Assembly (NCBI RefSeq): GCF_009914755.1
Contig: NC_060929.1
Source of the DNA: the human T2T-CHM13v2.0 reference genome, Homo sapiens
Length of the DNA stretch: 64,000 nucleotides
Direction: 5' to 3' (one strand)
Shown: piece after piece, positions 27,896 to 44,569 of the stretch
How the letters are laid out: the number at the start of each line of letters is the position of its first letter
Numbering within the stretch: position 1 is the first letter of the stretch
Made by a program: the position numbers and the translations under genes
The notes under the pieces: generated by a model
Told to the model about the DNA's origin: nothing
What the model saw: the letters and a program-made list of their open reading frames with translations, nothing else
Databases searched by the model: none

Positions 27896-30800
27896 CTGCT
27901 GTGGAACTGCTGTTGTTCCAGACAGGAACAGCTGGAGAGCCTGGGCAGAAGGAGTGTAGACCAGTCCAAACTATCTGACTCTGAACTCCAGCCTCCAATA
28001 CTTCCAAGCTGTATGACCTTGGGCAAGTCATTCAGCCTTTCTGTGCCTCAGTTACCTCATCTATAAACCAGAGGTGATATTATGTGCTCAGAGCAATCAA
28101 TATTGGATGTAAATGAAATAATCTTTATAAAGCACTTAGATTCATGCTGGCACATAGAAATGGTGTAAGCTATTATTATTATGGTTTCAAAGCATTCATG
28201 ACACACAACCCCAAACAAACAAAACAGATTTCAATTTTTTTAAAGATAACTTTTATTTTTGTTTTTCTCATTATAAAGTAAGACATGGTGATGATAGGAA
28301 AAACAGAAAACATTAACATTTTTTAGTATATTTTCCAGACTGTTTTCTGTTCACATATAGTCATCATTTTTATAAACACAGGATCATACCACACACAAAC
28401 TATTTTTACCCTGAGTCTTTGCTTAATAATAGATGGAGGACATCTTTCCAAGTCTGAATATTTTTCTATAAACTCATTTTAAATGCCTCAAAATAGTCCA
28501 TTGTCTTGAATAAAATTTTTTTCAAGCAATCCTCCTTTTTCAATATGATAAATCATTCTACAGTAAACATTCTTTCAGGTCTATGTTCTTATATTTTTTA
28601 ATAATTTCCTTGTGATGAATTCTTGGAGTGGAATTGCCAGCTCAAAGGATTTACAATACATCAAGGTGTTATAATAACAATAATAACCATGAGAGCAGCT
28701 CACATTAATTGAGTGCTTACTATGAGCCGAGCCGAACTCACAGTGCCCCTCAGGGGTGGGGACTTTTATTATTCCCACTTTGGGTATGAGAGAGCAGAAC
28801 TCAGAGCTGAAAACTTGTGCAAAGTTACATTCCAGCCTGGTGAAAGGTGCAGCTCATGCTTCAAGAGAAGCTGCGCAGTGCCTGTGTTTCTGTTCCTCGT
28901 TAGGGCTTGGGAAGTCATTTTGTGACTGGACACACCCCCAGTTTGCTCCCTCTTCTTGGTGATATGTTTGATATATTTTCACAGCCAGCCCACATTGGGC
29001 CCTCCTATTGATCTTGGGAGGACAAGGAGCCAAATGTGACATTTGATAAACCATTGCTAAAGACAATTAGATGGGAATGTGCAGTAAATAAGAAATCACA
29101 TCAGCAAGGCACTGAGAGGTAAAACATTCATTCTTCTGGCCCTATGGTGCAGCCTTTGTGCACCTTGGAATAGCCTTGAAATGCTCATCAATTTCGCTGA
29201 CCTTGACCCCAAGGCTCTGTGAGGTCAACATTATGGCTCGCTTGGTCTTCAGAGCAATACCTTCTACCCTTCTCTTGGGTTGGATCAAAAGGCAGCATGA
29301 TGAGGGCATGACCTCGTGAGAAGATGAAATATAAAATCAATCCATTCATGCCCTCAACAAATACTCATTGAATGTCTGTACTGGGGATACAGTGATTAAA
29401 AGCATCGGCTCTGCCTTTAAGGAGATGGAGACCTGACAAGTTAAGAAATGATGGCAACATCAAGTAGGGAGGGTCGTGAGATGCAGTCCAGAGTGGAGGA
29501 TAAGAGCTGACACTCTACGATCATCCTGGTCTGGGTTTGAATCTTATCTCTCCTATGAAGTGTTTCCGGATGAGTCTCTAGATTTAGTTTCAACATCCAG
29601 AAAATGAGGACTATACCTCATCAGGCTGTTGTAAGAATAAATGAGATAATGCCCAGGAAATGGTAAGCACCCCATGGAGATGAATCAATCAATCTAACTG
29701 GCCTACAACACTTATAGCTCACTCTCAGGTAGCCTAGCAACAAGGCGGCTCTGCAGGGGGAACAGCAAGGATGCTGGCCGACACCAATACTGATATGCAA
29801 ACTGCGCTTCAGCTGGTTGTCGAGACTCTAGTATAGACTGCAGAGCTCAGAGTCTTCCTCCTCAGTCAAGTGATTCCTGTCTCCTCCCCATCCTTCTATG
29901 AATATGAGAGGTAGCAGAGGTTTGGGGTGCCTCTCCAGGGGACACAGTGCACACTGCATCTACCTGTGTGCAGCCCAAGCACAGCTCTTCATGGGATGGG
30001 AGATTTGGAATAACATTTACCCTGCTAGCACTATGCTCTTGTATGTTTCCTGGAGCCACTACCGTATGTCATTTACATGATCTGTTCCTGTCCCTCACAT
30101 AACATGTTCAACAAATATCAGCTATTGTTATTACTAGAGGGTTGGATACAGGAGGCTTGGGAGCATAAAAGTTGGCCACCACTTTTAACCTGTGAGGGAT
30201 TTTAGGGCAGCCTCCTGGAGGAGAGGCTACACAAGGTGAATCTTTGAGGGTGAGTTAAGCAGGCAAGGAGAAAGACAAGAGAGGGCCTTTCTAAGCAGAG
30301 GGCAAACCAAGACATGCCTTGTTGTGTGGGCTGTGTTGAAGCTTCATTTAACAATTGACCGAAACTCTGCTTTGCTTTAGTCACTCTTCGCTAATGGGGA
30401 CATACCTTTTCCTTTTAGAACACGCTCCGACAGAGCAAGAGTGACCTAGGGGGGCAGCCCCTCTGGAAGTTTAATGGCTGTCCCTGTGTTGAGTTGTTGC
30501 ATATTTGCAGCTGTGTACACAACTCCAGCTAGGAACACATGTTACATAAAAGCCCTCAAGCTATGGGTTACCCTTCTAACTGGGAATGCACACTTTCACG
30601 TACCTGGGGAAAATCTTGTTGAAAATAACAGATCGAGACTTACGGTTTCTAACTGTTTCCCCTGTTCTCAGAAATTTCATGTGAGAAGGGTCAACATTCC
30701 CTGAAGGAGACCCTGTGTTCAGACAGATGCACATTCTGCCAGAGGCAGGCCATCACGTTGTATTCAGCCAACATTTACTGAGCACCTATATGCGACATGC

Positions 30801-31831
30801 CAAGGGGCTGCAGCCAGGGACAGGGCAGAGCTAGCCCTGCCCTCATGTGGCTAGTGGACACTAGCACCAATGCCTGTCCTGGAATTTCCAGGGAACTCGT
30901 TCACCTATCAGGAAATGAATTGTCTCTGCCTTTGTTTGGCCCAGCCTCGTTACTGTTTCTGTTGGGAATCCCATTCTGAAACAGCTCTGAGAAGGGCTGC
31001 TGGAATGTGCCAAATATTCATAGTGATCATATTACCTTATCCTTCCGTTGAGACACTTTACCCTTTTCTATTCATTTTTCATTTCCCCTACATCACCCCC
31101 CTCCCATACCAGAGACATTCAAAATATACTCCTTTGGAACTTGAAAACCACAATTTTAGGCTTGATATATGGAGGGAGGAAATTTGGCAGAACCCATAAT
31201 CTGCTTATCTTCAACCAGCAAACCACCAAAGCCCCTGCCAACCCCAGAGGGCCTTCATAGGAACCAGGAAACACACCAGGCAAGATGCTTTCCTATTATG
31301 ACAAAAACAGGCTCTGGTCTCATCTTTTCAGCCTCTGAAACCCTCCACTGGCCTCCCGTCATGCAAAGGGAAAAATCTGAAGTTGTTCTAGAATATCAGC
31401 TCCAGAAGGACAGCAGCTGTTCTATTCTCTGCTGTGTCTCCATCACTCACAGCTTTGGCCGTCCACCGTAGGTGTTCAGTAAACAGCTGACAGAAGATCA
31501 GTCTCTGTGGCTGGCCAGTCCCTCTGCAGTCTGGTTAACCACCAGTCTCCTCCTCACTCCCTGGACTCCACCACATCAGCTCACTTGCTCTCCCTCAGCC
31601 CTGTCAAGCTCATTCTGCCTCCGAACATTTTGCACCGGATGTCTTCTCTTCCTGGAATCATCCCCCAGATATTTCAGGTGGCTCCCCCTGACGTTTTTAC
31701 TCCTCATGCCTCCATAAGCCCTTTCCTGACAAGCGAATCTACAACAGAATCCTCCTTCATGCTTTATGCTTTATTTTTCTTAAATCAACTTAATTTAGGT
31801 ATAATGTTAAAACTACCCAATGTACACTTTT

Positions 31832-32290
31832 AAAAATTTATTTCAACAGATTTTGGCTAACAGGTGGTGTTTGGTTCCGTGAATAAGTTCTTTAGTGGTG
31901 ATTTCTGAGATTTTGGTGCACCCATCACCCAAGCAGTGTACACTGTACCCAATGTGTAGTTTTTTTATCCCTCACCCCGCTTCCACCCTTTCCCCTGAGG
32001 CCCCAAAGTCCATTGTATCATTCTTATGCCTTTGTGTCCTCAAAGCTCAGCTCCCACTTATGAGTGAGAACATACAATGTTTGGTTTTCCATTCCTGAGT
32101 TACTTCACTTAGAATAATGGTCTCCATTTCCATTCAGGTTGCTGTGAATGTCGTTATTTCATTCCTTTTAATGTCTGAGTAGTATTCCATGGTATATATA
32201 TACCACATTTTCTTTATCCACTTGTTGATTGATGGGGATTTGGGCTGGTTCCATATTTTTGCAATTGCTAATTGTGCTGCTAAAACATGC
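31832..32290 (-). mobile_element. L1PB-like 3' end, 5'-truncated
   Basis: L1PB 3'UTR gataagttctttagtggtgatttctgagattttggtgcacc-like sequence. A degenerate TSD (ccaatgtacac / ccaatgcacac) flanks it. Confidence 0.8.
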
Positions 32291-32584
32291 ACCAATGCAC
32301 ACATTTTCTAAGTGTCCACTTGGATCCCTAAAATCTGAAAACTGTATCCACCTCAGTAAGCACCACCACAGCCATAATAGAGGACAATGCCACCACCCAA
32401 CAGATCCCCTGTGCCCCACACCAACCTCACCTCCAGGCCCAAGCAACCACTGATCTGCTTTCTGTCACTGGAGATTAGATTTGTCTCCACTAGAGTTTCA
32501 TATGCAAGGAATCACGTGCTCTTGTGTCTGCCTTCTTTCACTCGCAGAATGTCAGTGAGATTCACCCATGGTGTTGTTTGTATC

Positions 32585-33390
<806 letters not shown>

Positions 33391-34512
33391 TGGTTTGCTT
33401 TATTTTTTACTCACAGCTCTCCTCCCTCCCTGACATTATATTCCCCCTTGAAAATGTCAGCTCCAGGAGGACAGGAACCTTGTCTGTATCATTCACTGCT
33501 GTATCCCCAGTACACAGAGCAGTGCCAGGCACATGGTGGTTGCTCAATATTTGTTGAAGGAACAAATAGTTTTACATTCATTTGCCCTTGCAACATAACA
33601 AGCTTGAGAGCCATGCTTCAGATTTTTCTATGAACTCCAATTTAGGGACCCTTAGGCCTTCTAAGTGAAACCAGATGTTGGCTGGGGCTCCCCTGCCCAT
33701 CAGAGACTGGGCTGAGGTTGACTGTACCCTGTGGTCCTGTGAATACACACACACGTGCAAATGAGAGAGGCGGGCCAGCACCCCCTACTGGCTGCCTGTT
33801 CATTAGGCTTATTGAGAAGACTAATACACTGGATGAAGAGTGTCCTCTTTGAAGCTGGCTGCTTGGGTGTGAATCTCAGCCCCACCACTTACTAACTGTT
33901 GGGTGAGCTATGTAACCTCTCTGTGTCTCAGTTTCCTCATATGCAAAACAGGAATAATTTGTATTCAGTAGGGTTATTATGAGCATGAATCACTTAGAGC
34001 GTGCCTGGCCTCATTAAATGTTAACTCATAGTAGCATCTGAGCAGTTAGCAAGCAAAAATAAGAGAAAACTACAGTGTTCACTAAAATTTCCAAAAGGCA
34101 TTTCCTGAAGAGATTATGTCCTTTAAGTAGCTGTGTCACCTTGTAGGTATACCCCTCACTCTAGATATTATTTCCTTTTGGCCTAAATCTTTTTCATTCA
34201 TGCAATAAAGATCTTTAGTGAGTACCCACTATGGGCCAAGCACTGTTCTAGGCATGGGGGATGCTGAGTTCAGTGAAACAGACAAGTCTCCCACTCTTTT
34301 TTTTTTTAATTATACTTTAAATTCTAGGGTACATGTGCACAAAGTGCAGGTTTGTTACATAAGTATACATGTGCCATGTTGGTGTGCTGCACCCATTAAC
34401 TAGTCATTTACATTAGGTATCTCTCCTAATGCTATCCCTCCCTGCTACCCCCACCCCATGACAGGCCCCGGTATGTGATGTTCCCCACCCTGTGTCCAAG
34501 TGTTCTCATTGT

Positions 34513-38339
<3,827 letters not shown>

Positions 38340-38402
38340 TATGATGTTAGGTGGTTATTTTGCTCATTAATTGATGTGATTTCTTCCTAGCATCGATGGT
38401 GT

Positions 38403-39427
38403 TTACAATTTGGCATGTTTTTGCAGTGGCTTGTACTGGTTGTTCCTTTCCATGTTTAGTGCTTCCTTCAGGAGCTCTTGTAAGGCAGGCCTGGTGGTGA
38501 CAAAATCTCTCAGCATTTGCTTGTCTGTAAAGGATTTTATTTCTTCTTCACTTATGAAGCTTAGTTTGGCTGGATATGAAATTCTGGGTTGAAAATTCTT
38601 TTCTTTAAGAATGTTGAATATTGGCCCCCACTCTCTTCTGGCTTGTAGAGTTTCTGCCGAGAGATCCACTGTTAGTCTGATGGGCTTCTCTTTGTGGGTA
38701 ACCAGACCTTTCTCTCTGGCTGCCCTTAATATTTTTTCTTTCATTTCAACTTTGGTGAATCTGACAATTATGTGTCTTGGAGTTGCTCTTCTGGAGGAGT
38801 ATCTTTGTGGCATTCTCTTCATTTCCTGAATTTGAATGTTGGCCTGCCTTGCTAGGTTGGGAAAGTTCTCCTGGATAATATCCTGCAGAGTGTTTTCCAA
38901 CTTGGTTCCATTCTGCCTCTCACTTTCAGGCACACCAATCAGACGTAGATTTGGTCTTTTCACATAGTCCCATATTTCTTGGAGGCTTTGTTTGTTTCTT
39001 TTTACTCTTTTTTCTCTAAACTTCTCTTCTCGCTTCATTTCATTCATTTGATCTTAAATCACTGATACTCTTTTTTCCACTTGATCGAATCAGCTACTGA
39101 AGCTTGTGCATGCGTCACGTAGTTCTCGTGCCATGGTTTCAGCTCCATCAGGTTATTTAAGGTCTTCTCTATGCTGTTTATTCTAGTTAGCCATTCGTCT
39201 AATCTTTTTTCAAGGTTTTTAGCTTCTTTGCGATGGGTTCGAACATCCTCCTTTAGGTCTGAGAAGTTTGTTATTACCGATCATCTGAAGCCTTCTTCTC
39301 TCAACCCGTCAAAGCCATTCTCCGTCCAGCTTTGTTGCGTTGCTGGCAAGGAGCTGCGTTCCTTTGGAGAAGAAGTGGCACTCTGATTTTTAGAATTTTC
39401 AGCTTTTCTGTTCTGGTTTCTCCCCAT
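38403..39427 (-). pseudogene. L1 ORF1p remnant (RNA-binding chaperone), disrupted
   Basis: MGRNQNRKAENSK starts at 39427 with a premature stop at 39281-39283. The C-terminal 214 aa are open (ORF 38403..39047: RPNLRLIGVPE, YPAKLSF). Confidence 0.93.
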
Positions 39428-40015
39428 CTTTGTGGTTTTTGGTCTTTGATGATGGTGACATGCAGATGGGGTTTTGGTGTGGATGTCCTTTCTGTTTGTT
39501 AGTTTTCCTTCTTTCTGTTTGTTAGTTTTCCCTCTAACAGTCAGGACCCTCAGCTGCAGGTCTGTTGGAGTTTGCTGGAGATCCACTCCAGACCCTGTTT
39601 GCCTGGGTATCACCAGCGGAGGCTGCAGAACAGCAAATATTGAAGAACAACAAATGTTGCTGCCTGATCCTTCCTCTGGAAGCTTCGTCTCAGATGGGCA
39701 TCTGGCTGTATGAGGTGTCAGTCGGCCCCTACTGGGAGGTGTCTCCCAGTTAGTCTACTAGGGGGTCAGGGACCCACTTGAGGAGGCAGTCTGTCTGTTC
39801 TCAGATCTCAAACTCCATGCTGGGAGAAGCACTACTCTCTTCATAGCTGTCAGACAGGGATGTTTAAGTCTGCAGAAGTTTCTACTGCCTTTTGTTCAGC
39901 TATGCCCTGCCCCCGAGGTGGAGTCTACAGAGGCAGGAAGGCCTCCTTGAGCTGCAGTGGGCTCCACCCAGTTCGAGCTTCCCGGCCACTTTGTTTACCT
40001 GCTCAAGCCTCAGCA

Positions 40016-40198
40016 ATGGTGGATGCCCCTCCCCCAGCCTCGCTGCCACCTTGCTGTTGGATATCAGACTGCTGTGCCAGCAATAACCGAGGATCCGTTG
40101 GTGTGGGACCCTCTGAGCCATGTGCAGGATATAATCTCCTGGTGTGCCGTTTGCTAAGACCATTGGAAAAGCGCAGTATTAGGGTGGGAGTGTCCTGA
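40016..40198 (+). other. L1 ORF0 homologue (antisense ORF in the L1 5'UTR), 60 aa, ending prematurely
   Basis: MVDAPPPASLPPCCWISDCCASN...GVGPSEP...RSIRVGVS* resembles primate L1 ORF0. The ATG is in a strong context (GCAATGG). Confidence 0.8.
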
Positions 40199-40604
40199 TT
40201 TTCCAGGTACCATCTGTCACGGCTTCCCTTGGCTAGGAAAGGGAATTCCCTGACCCCTTGCACTTCCCAGATGAGGTGATGCCCACCCTGCTTTGGCGTA
40301 CACTCTGTGGGCTGCACCCACTGTCTGACAAGCCCCAGTGAGATGAACCCGGTACCTCAGTTGGAAATGCAGAAATCACCCGTCTTCTGCAATGCTCACA
40401 CTGGGAGCTGTAGACTGGAGCTCTTCCTATTTGGCCATCTTGGAACTCCAGTGACAAGTCTCCCACTCTTAAGTGTTGGAGAAAGTTCATATCCAAAAGG
40501 GGGAAGATTAATTCTAAATTAGTAAATCAGTAGCAAGTTTTTTTTTCAAAGAATCATGAGTTTTTGCTGAGGTTGGAAACAAGAAGAAGTAATAGACGTT
40601 TTTT

Positions 40605-41360
40605 AAAAAAATAATTTCAGCTTTTTTTTTAGACTCAGAGGTACATGAGCAAGTTTGTTACCTGGGTATGTTGCATGATGCTAAGGTTTGGTCTACAAAT
40701 GACCCCATCTCTCAGGTAGTGAGCCTAGCACCCAGTGGTTAACCAACAGTAAAAATCCCAGTAGTTTTTTAACCCTTGCCCCCTCCCTCTCCGCCCTCTC
40801 TAATAGTCCCCAGTGTCTATTGTTCCATCTTTATTTCCGTGCATACCCAATGCTTAGCTCCCACTTATAAGTGAGAACATGTAGTGTTTGGTCTTCTGTT
40901 CCTATATTTATTTCCTTAGAATGATGGCCTCCAGCTACATCCATATTGCTGAAAAAAATATGATTTCATTCTTTATGACTGCATAGTATTCCGTGGTGTA
41001 TATGTACCACATTTTCTTTTTCCACTCTTGGTAGGCACCTAGGTTGATCCCATCTTTACTATTGTGAATAGTGCTGCAATGAACATATGAGTGCATGTGT
41101 CATTTTGGTAGAAGGATTTGTTTTCTTTTGGATATATATCCAGTAACAGGATTACTGAGTTGAATGGTAGTTCTGTTTTAAGTTACTTGAGAAATTTCCA
41201 AACTGTTTTCCACAGTGGCTGAATTAATTCACATTCCCATCAACAGTGTGTAAGTGTTCACTTTTCTTCACAGCCATGCCAGCATGTTGTTTTTGACTTT
41301 TTAATGGTAGACATTTTGACTTGTGTGAGATAGTATCTCATTGTGGTTTTGATTTACATT
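40605..41360 (-). mobile_element. Older L1PA (L1PA15/16-like) 3' fragment, within L2 sequence
   Basis: L1 3'UTR and ORF2 C-terminus (cccacttataagtgagaacatg, gagatagtatctcattgtggttttgattt). Confidence 0.82.
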
Positions 41361-44195
41361 TTGATAGAGGTATTTCAGTTGGGTAGTCAGGGAAGCCCTC
41401 TCTTAGGTCATGATATTTATGCAAAGGCAGGATTAACAAGAAGCAAGCAGCTGTGAGATCAGGAGAAAGAATAGGCCAGGCAGAGGGAAAGGCTGGTGCA
41501 AAGGCCCTATGGCTGGGATGAGCTTGGCATCTTCCAGGAACAGAGAGAAGAGCAGTATGGCTGGAAAACATACAGGTAGAGTGGCGTTTAGGGAATTGGG
41601 AAGGGGCCAGCTCCCAAAGCCACTTACAGACCAAGTACAGCCAACACCCAGCAAAGCCATCCAGACCTTTCCAGGCACCCTTTTTTCTCTGCCCCAGTGT
41701 GATGTCTCCCTGTCCTCAGGCCAGCCTGCTCTGCCCAGGTCTGACCCTAGCACTGCTAAGTTCTTCCTTCCTCCTTCTTATCCGCTCAGTGGCATTGTGA
41801 GGGGCCTTAACAAACCAGGCCAGCCACCAGATATGCTGGCAGCTACAACTAGGTTCTTGGAAAAGATGGATGTGTCCCCCAAAATTGTTAAAACTCATGC
41901 AAATCCAACTTCAAATCCTTGCTTGGCCACCAACCAAGCTCAATGGCACTGGATCCATTCCTTAACTTCTCTAGAAACCACTGTTCTCTTCTGAGATGAG
42001 ACTAGGGTTTTGGGGAGGATGAAATGTGATAACACACATCAGCATTTGCTATTATGCCTGGCATGTAGCAAGTGCCCAGGCAAAAATAGGCTCTTATTTT
42101 TTATTACTTTTGCTGCTGCTGCAAGAGGACATGTAATGAAAGAATCAAGAATTCCACCCTTGTAAGATAAATTCTCCCCAGCTGCTGATTTCAGGGAACC
42201 CTGTTTGTTTCCTCTGTAGCTTCCATCTGCTTGATTCTTGCCTGTGGAGCCTGGCATGATGAGCTGCTACAGTCTGGAAATGCAGATGCTGTTTCCTGTC
42301 CGGAAGCTCAGGGGCTGGTTCTTATAGTGGCCCGAGCAGTGGTGCCTGCAGCTGGGCCGATTGCATTTAGTTAAGTGACTCAGATACTGTAAGTAGGAAC
42401 TGAGCAGGGAGTCCTGAAAAAGACAGGCAAGGCCACACTCAGGGAAGCCAGCCCCCACTGGAGCTGTCATTCCTCCCCCTTCCCTGAGCACTCAGCCCCT
42501 TTGAAGGAGAGCAAAGAAATTGTGCTGAGCTTTAATGAGGAATCAGCTGGGCGCACTTTGCCACAGGCCTGGCTGGAGGCAGAAAGAAATGAACAGGCCC
42601 CCAGGAGTGAGCGACCCACTGCAGCTAAGTCATTCCCACCATCTCTGGATGTGACCAGAGACCCTGTGGTCATGTGGCTTCAAGCAGCCCTAGCTCACAT
42701 GTGCCACTTCCCTGCAATCCCACCAACTGCTGAGCGTGCCCTGCCATCTGAGGTAGAATCAACATCAGACATCGTCAGGAGGCCAGCAATGCTGCCAGTG
42801 CAGAGTGAGGGGAGTGGCAGGCTTCCCCGGGAAATGTCAGCATTTATTGCTTTTCCCATTCGTGTTGACCCTCAGCAAGAAAATGTTCCAAATAGCATGA
42901 AGTCATCCCCCCTTTTTGGGGGGTCCTGGACCCAGTAATAACATCTTCCCGAAGGGCAATGAGTCTGTCTTTAACCTTGCCCTCTCTGGCAGGTGTGTAT
43001 CAATGTGGTTTCTAGAAGCATCTCTGGGCTGCCCGGTCCCTGCCTGTGGCCACCTTCCCTTCTGGGAAAGTAACAGCCCCCGCTCCACGGTCTAGGCTCT
43101 GCTGCTCTCCTCCCGCTCCTCTGGAAACCCACTAAGTTATCTTAATTACCATTCCTCCTCAGTCTCTGCCAAGAAGTGGGGAGATTTATAATTGGATCAG
43201 TCAAATATTTGCTATGGTTTATTTCTTTGCCTCTCGAGCTCTCGTAAAAGTTGCATTTTCATGCCACTTTGGGGTATGACTGATGACTCAAAGGCACAGC
43301 CTTCACATTGCATGCCAACGTGGGTTATTTTTCAGAGGCCAGGGAAAAGGAGAGAACTGGGCGGGGAGAGGTGGTGTTTACTTTGGGTTATTGTGCTATC
43401 ATCCTCTGGGTGGCTGCAAGAGACACAAGCGGCTTTGGGAGGCAAACTTCCTCCCGCAGCCAGCCGGTGCACAGACACATCCTTCTATTGGGATTTGGTC
43501 ATGTGCCTCCTAAACCCCTTCCAGAGCTTCTGCAGACCTAATGGGTAGGACCACTACAGAGTAACCTCTTTAGTCAACGAGGCACAGTTTGGTCTCCCAA
43601 AGCATCCCCATGTCCCGAATTGATCACAGTGAGGTCCTAGAACAGAGGAGCCAGATGTCCCCAATACTAAGCCTGAGTTATCAATTCCCAGTGTTGAGGG
43701 ATGAAAAGGAAACTCTGGCCAGGGCCTGAGCTTTTGGAAAATGCTCTCCTTCTAGTGTCAGCCAGTCTGCCAAGCAAGCTGGCCAGGCTACAGCTTAGGA
43801 ACCCTAGAGAGCAGAGGCTCCCCTACACCAGATGGCCTCCTTGCAAGCCAGCTTCTCACTGGCCCCCAGTCTCCCTATCCTGGAAGGCAGTCTCCATGGC
43901 TGGCTCAGTTTATCCTCCCTGCATTTCTAGCCTCTAGCCCTTGCCCAAGTTATAGCAGCAGTGAATGATGCTGTGTGATGCTGCTTGACACGTGTTAATC
44001 TATGCATAGTGACCCTATGTGCACTCTAGAGCACTTTGAGATAGAAAGGAGGAACAAGAGGTATAAACTGGGACACTCCTGGGTAATTGTGATAAACAAA
44101 CACCCTACACATAATAGAGTGGAATTTGACCAACAGAAGATGCTACCATCTTTTCCTGGGTGATCCTGTCCTGTTGTCCTATAAGAAATTATCTT

Positions 44196-44569
<374 letters not shown>

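Noticed and set aside
27409-28066. Long R/E/K-rich and F/L/S-rich ORFs
   Set aside because: They are translations of an AluJ and its polypurine tail.
40196-40210. In-frame ORF0-TENM2 fusion through the canonical second ORF0 donor
   Set aside because: TGA at 40196-40198 precedes the donor, and the donor is phase 2 while the downstream exons need phase 0 or 1.
41433-43548. Cluster of 100-160 aa ORFs in GC-richer unique sequence
   Set aside because: No recognisable domains or consistent exon structure, partly L2-derived, and the lengths are compatible with chance when alternative start codons are allowed.
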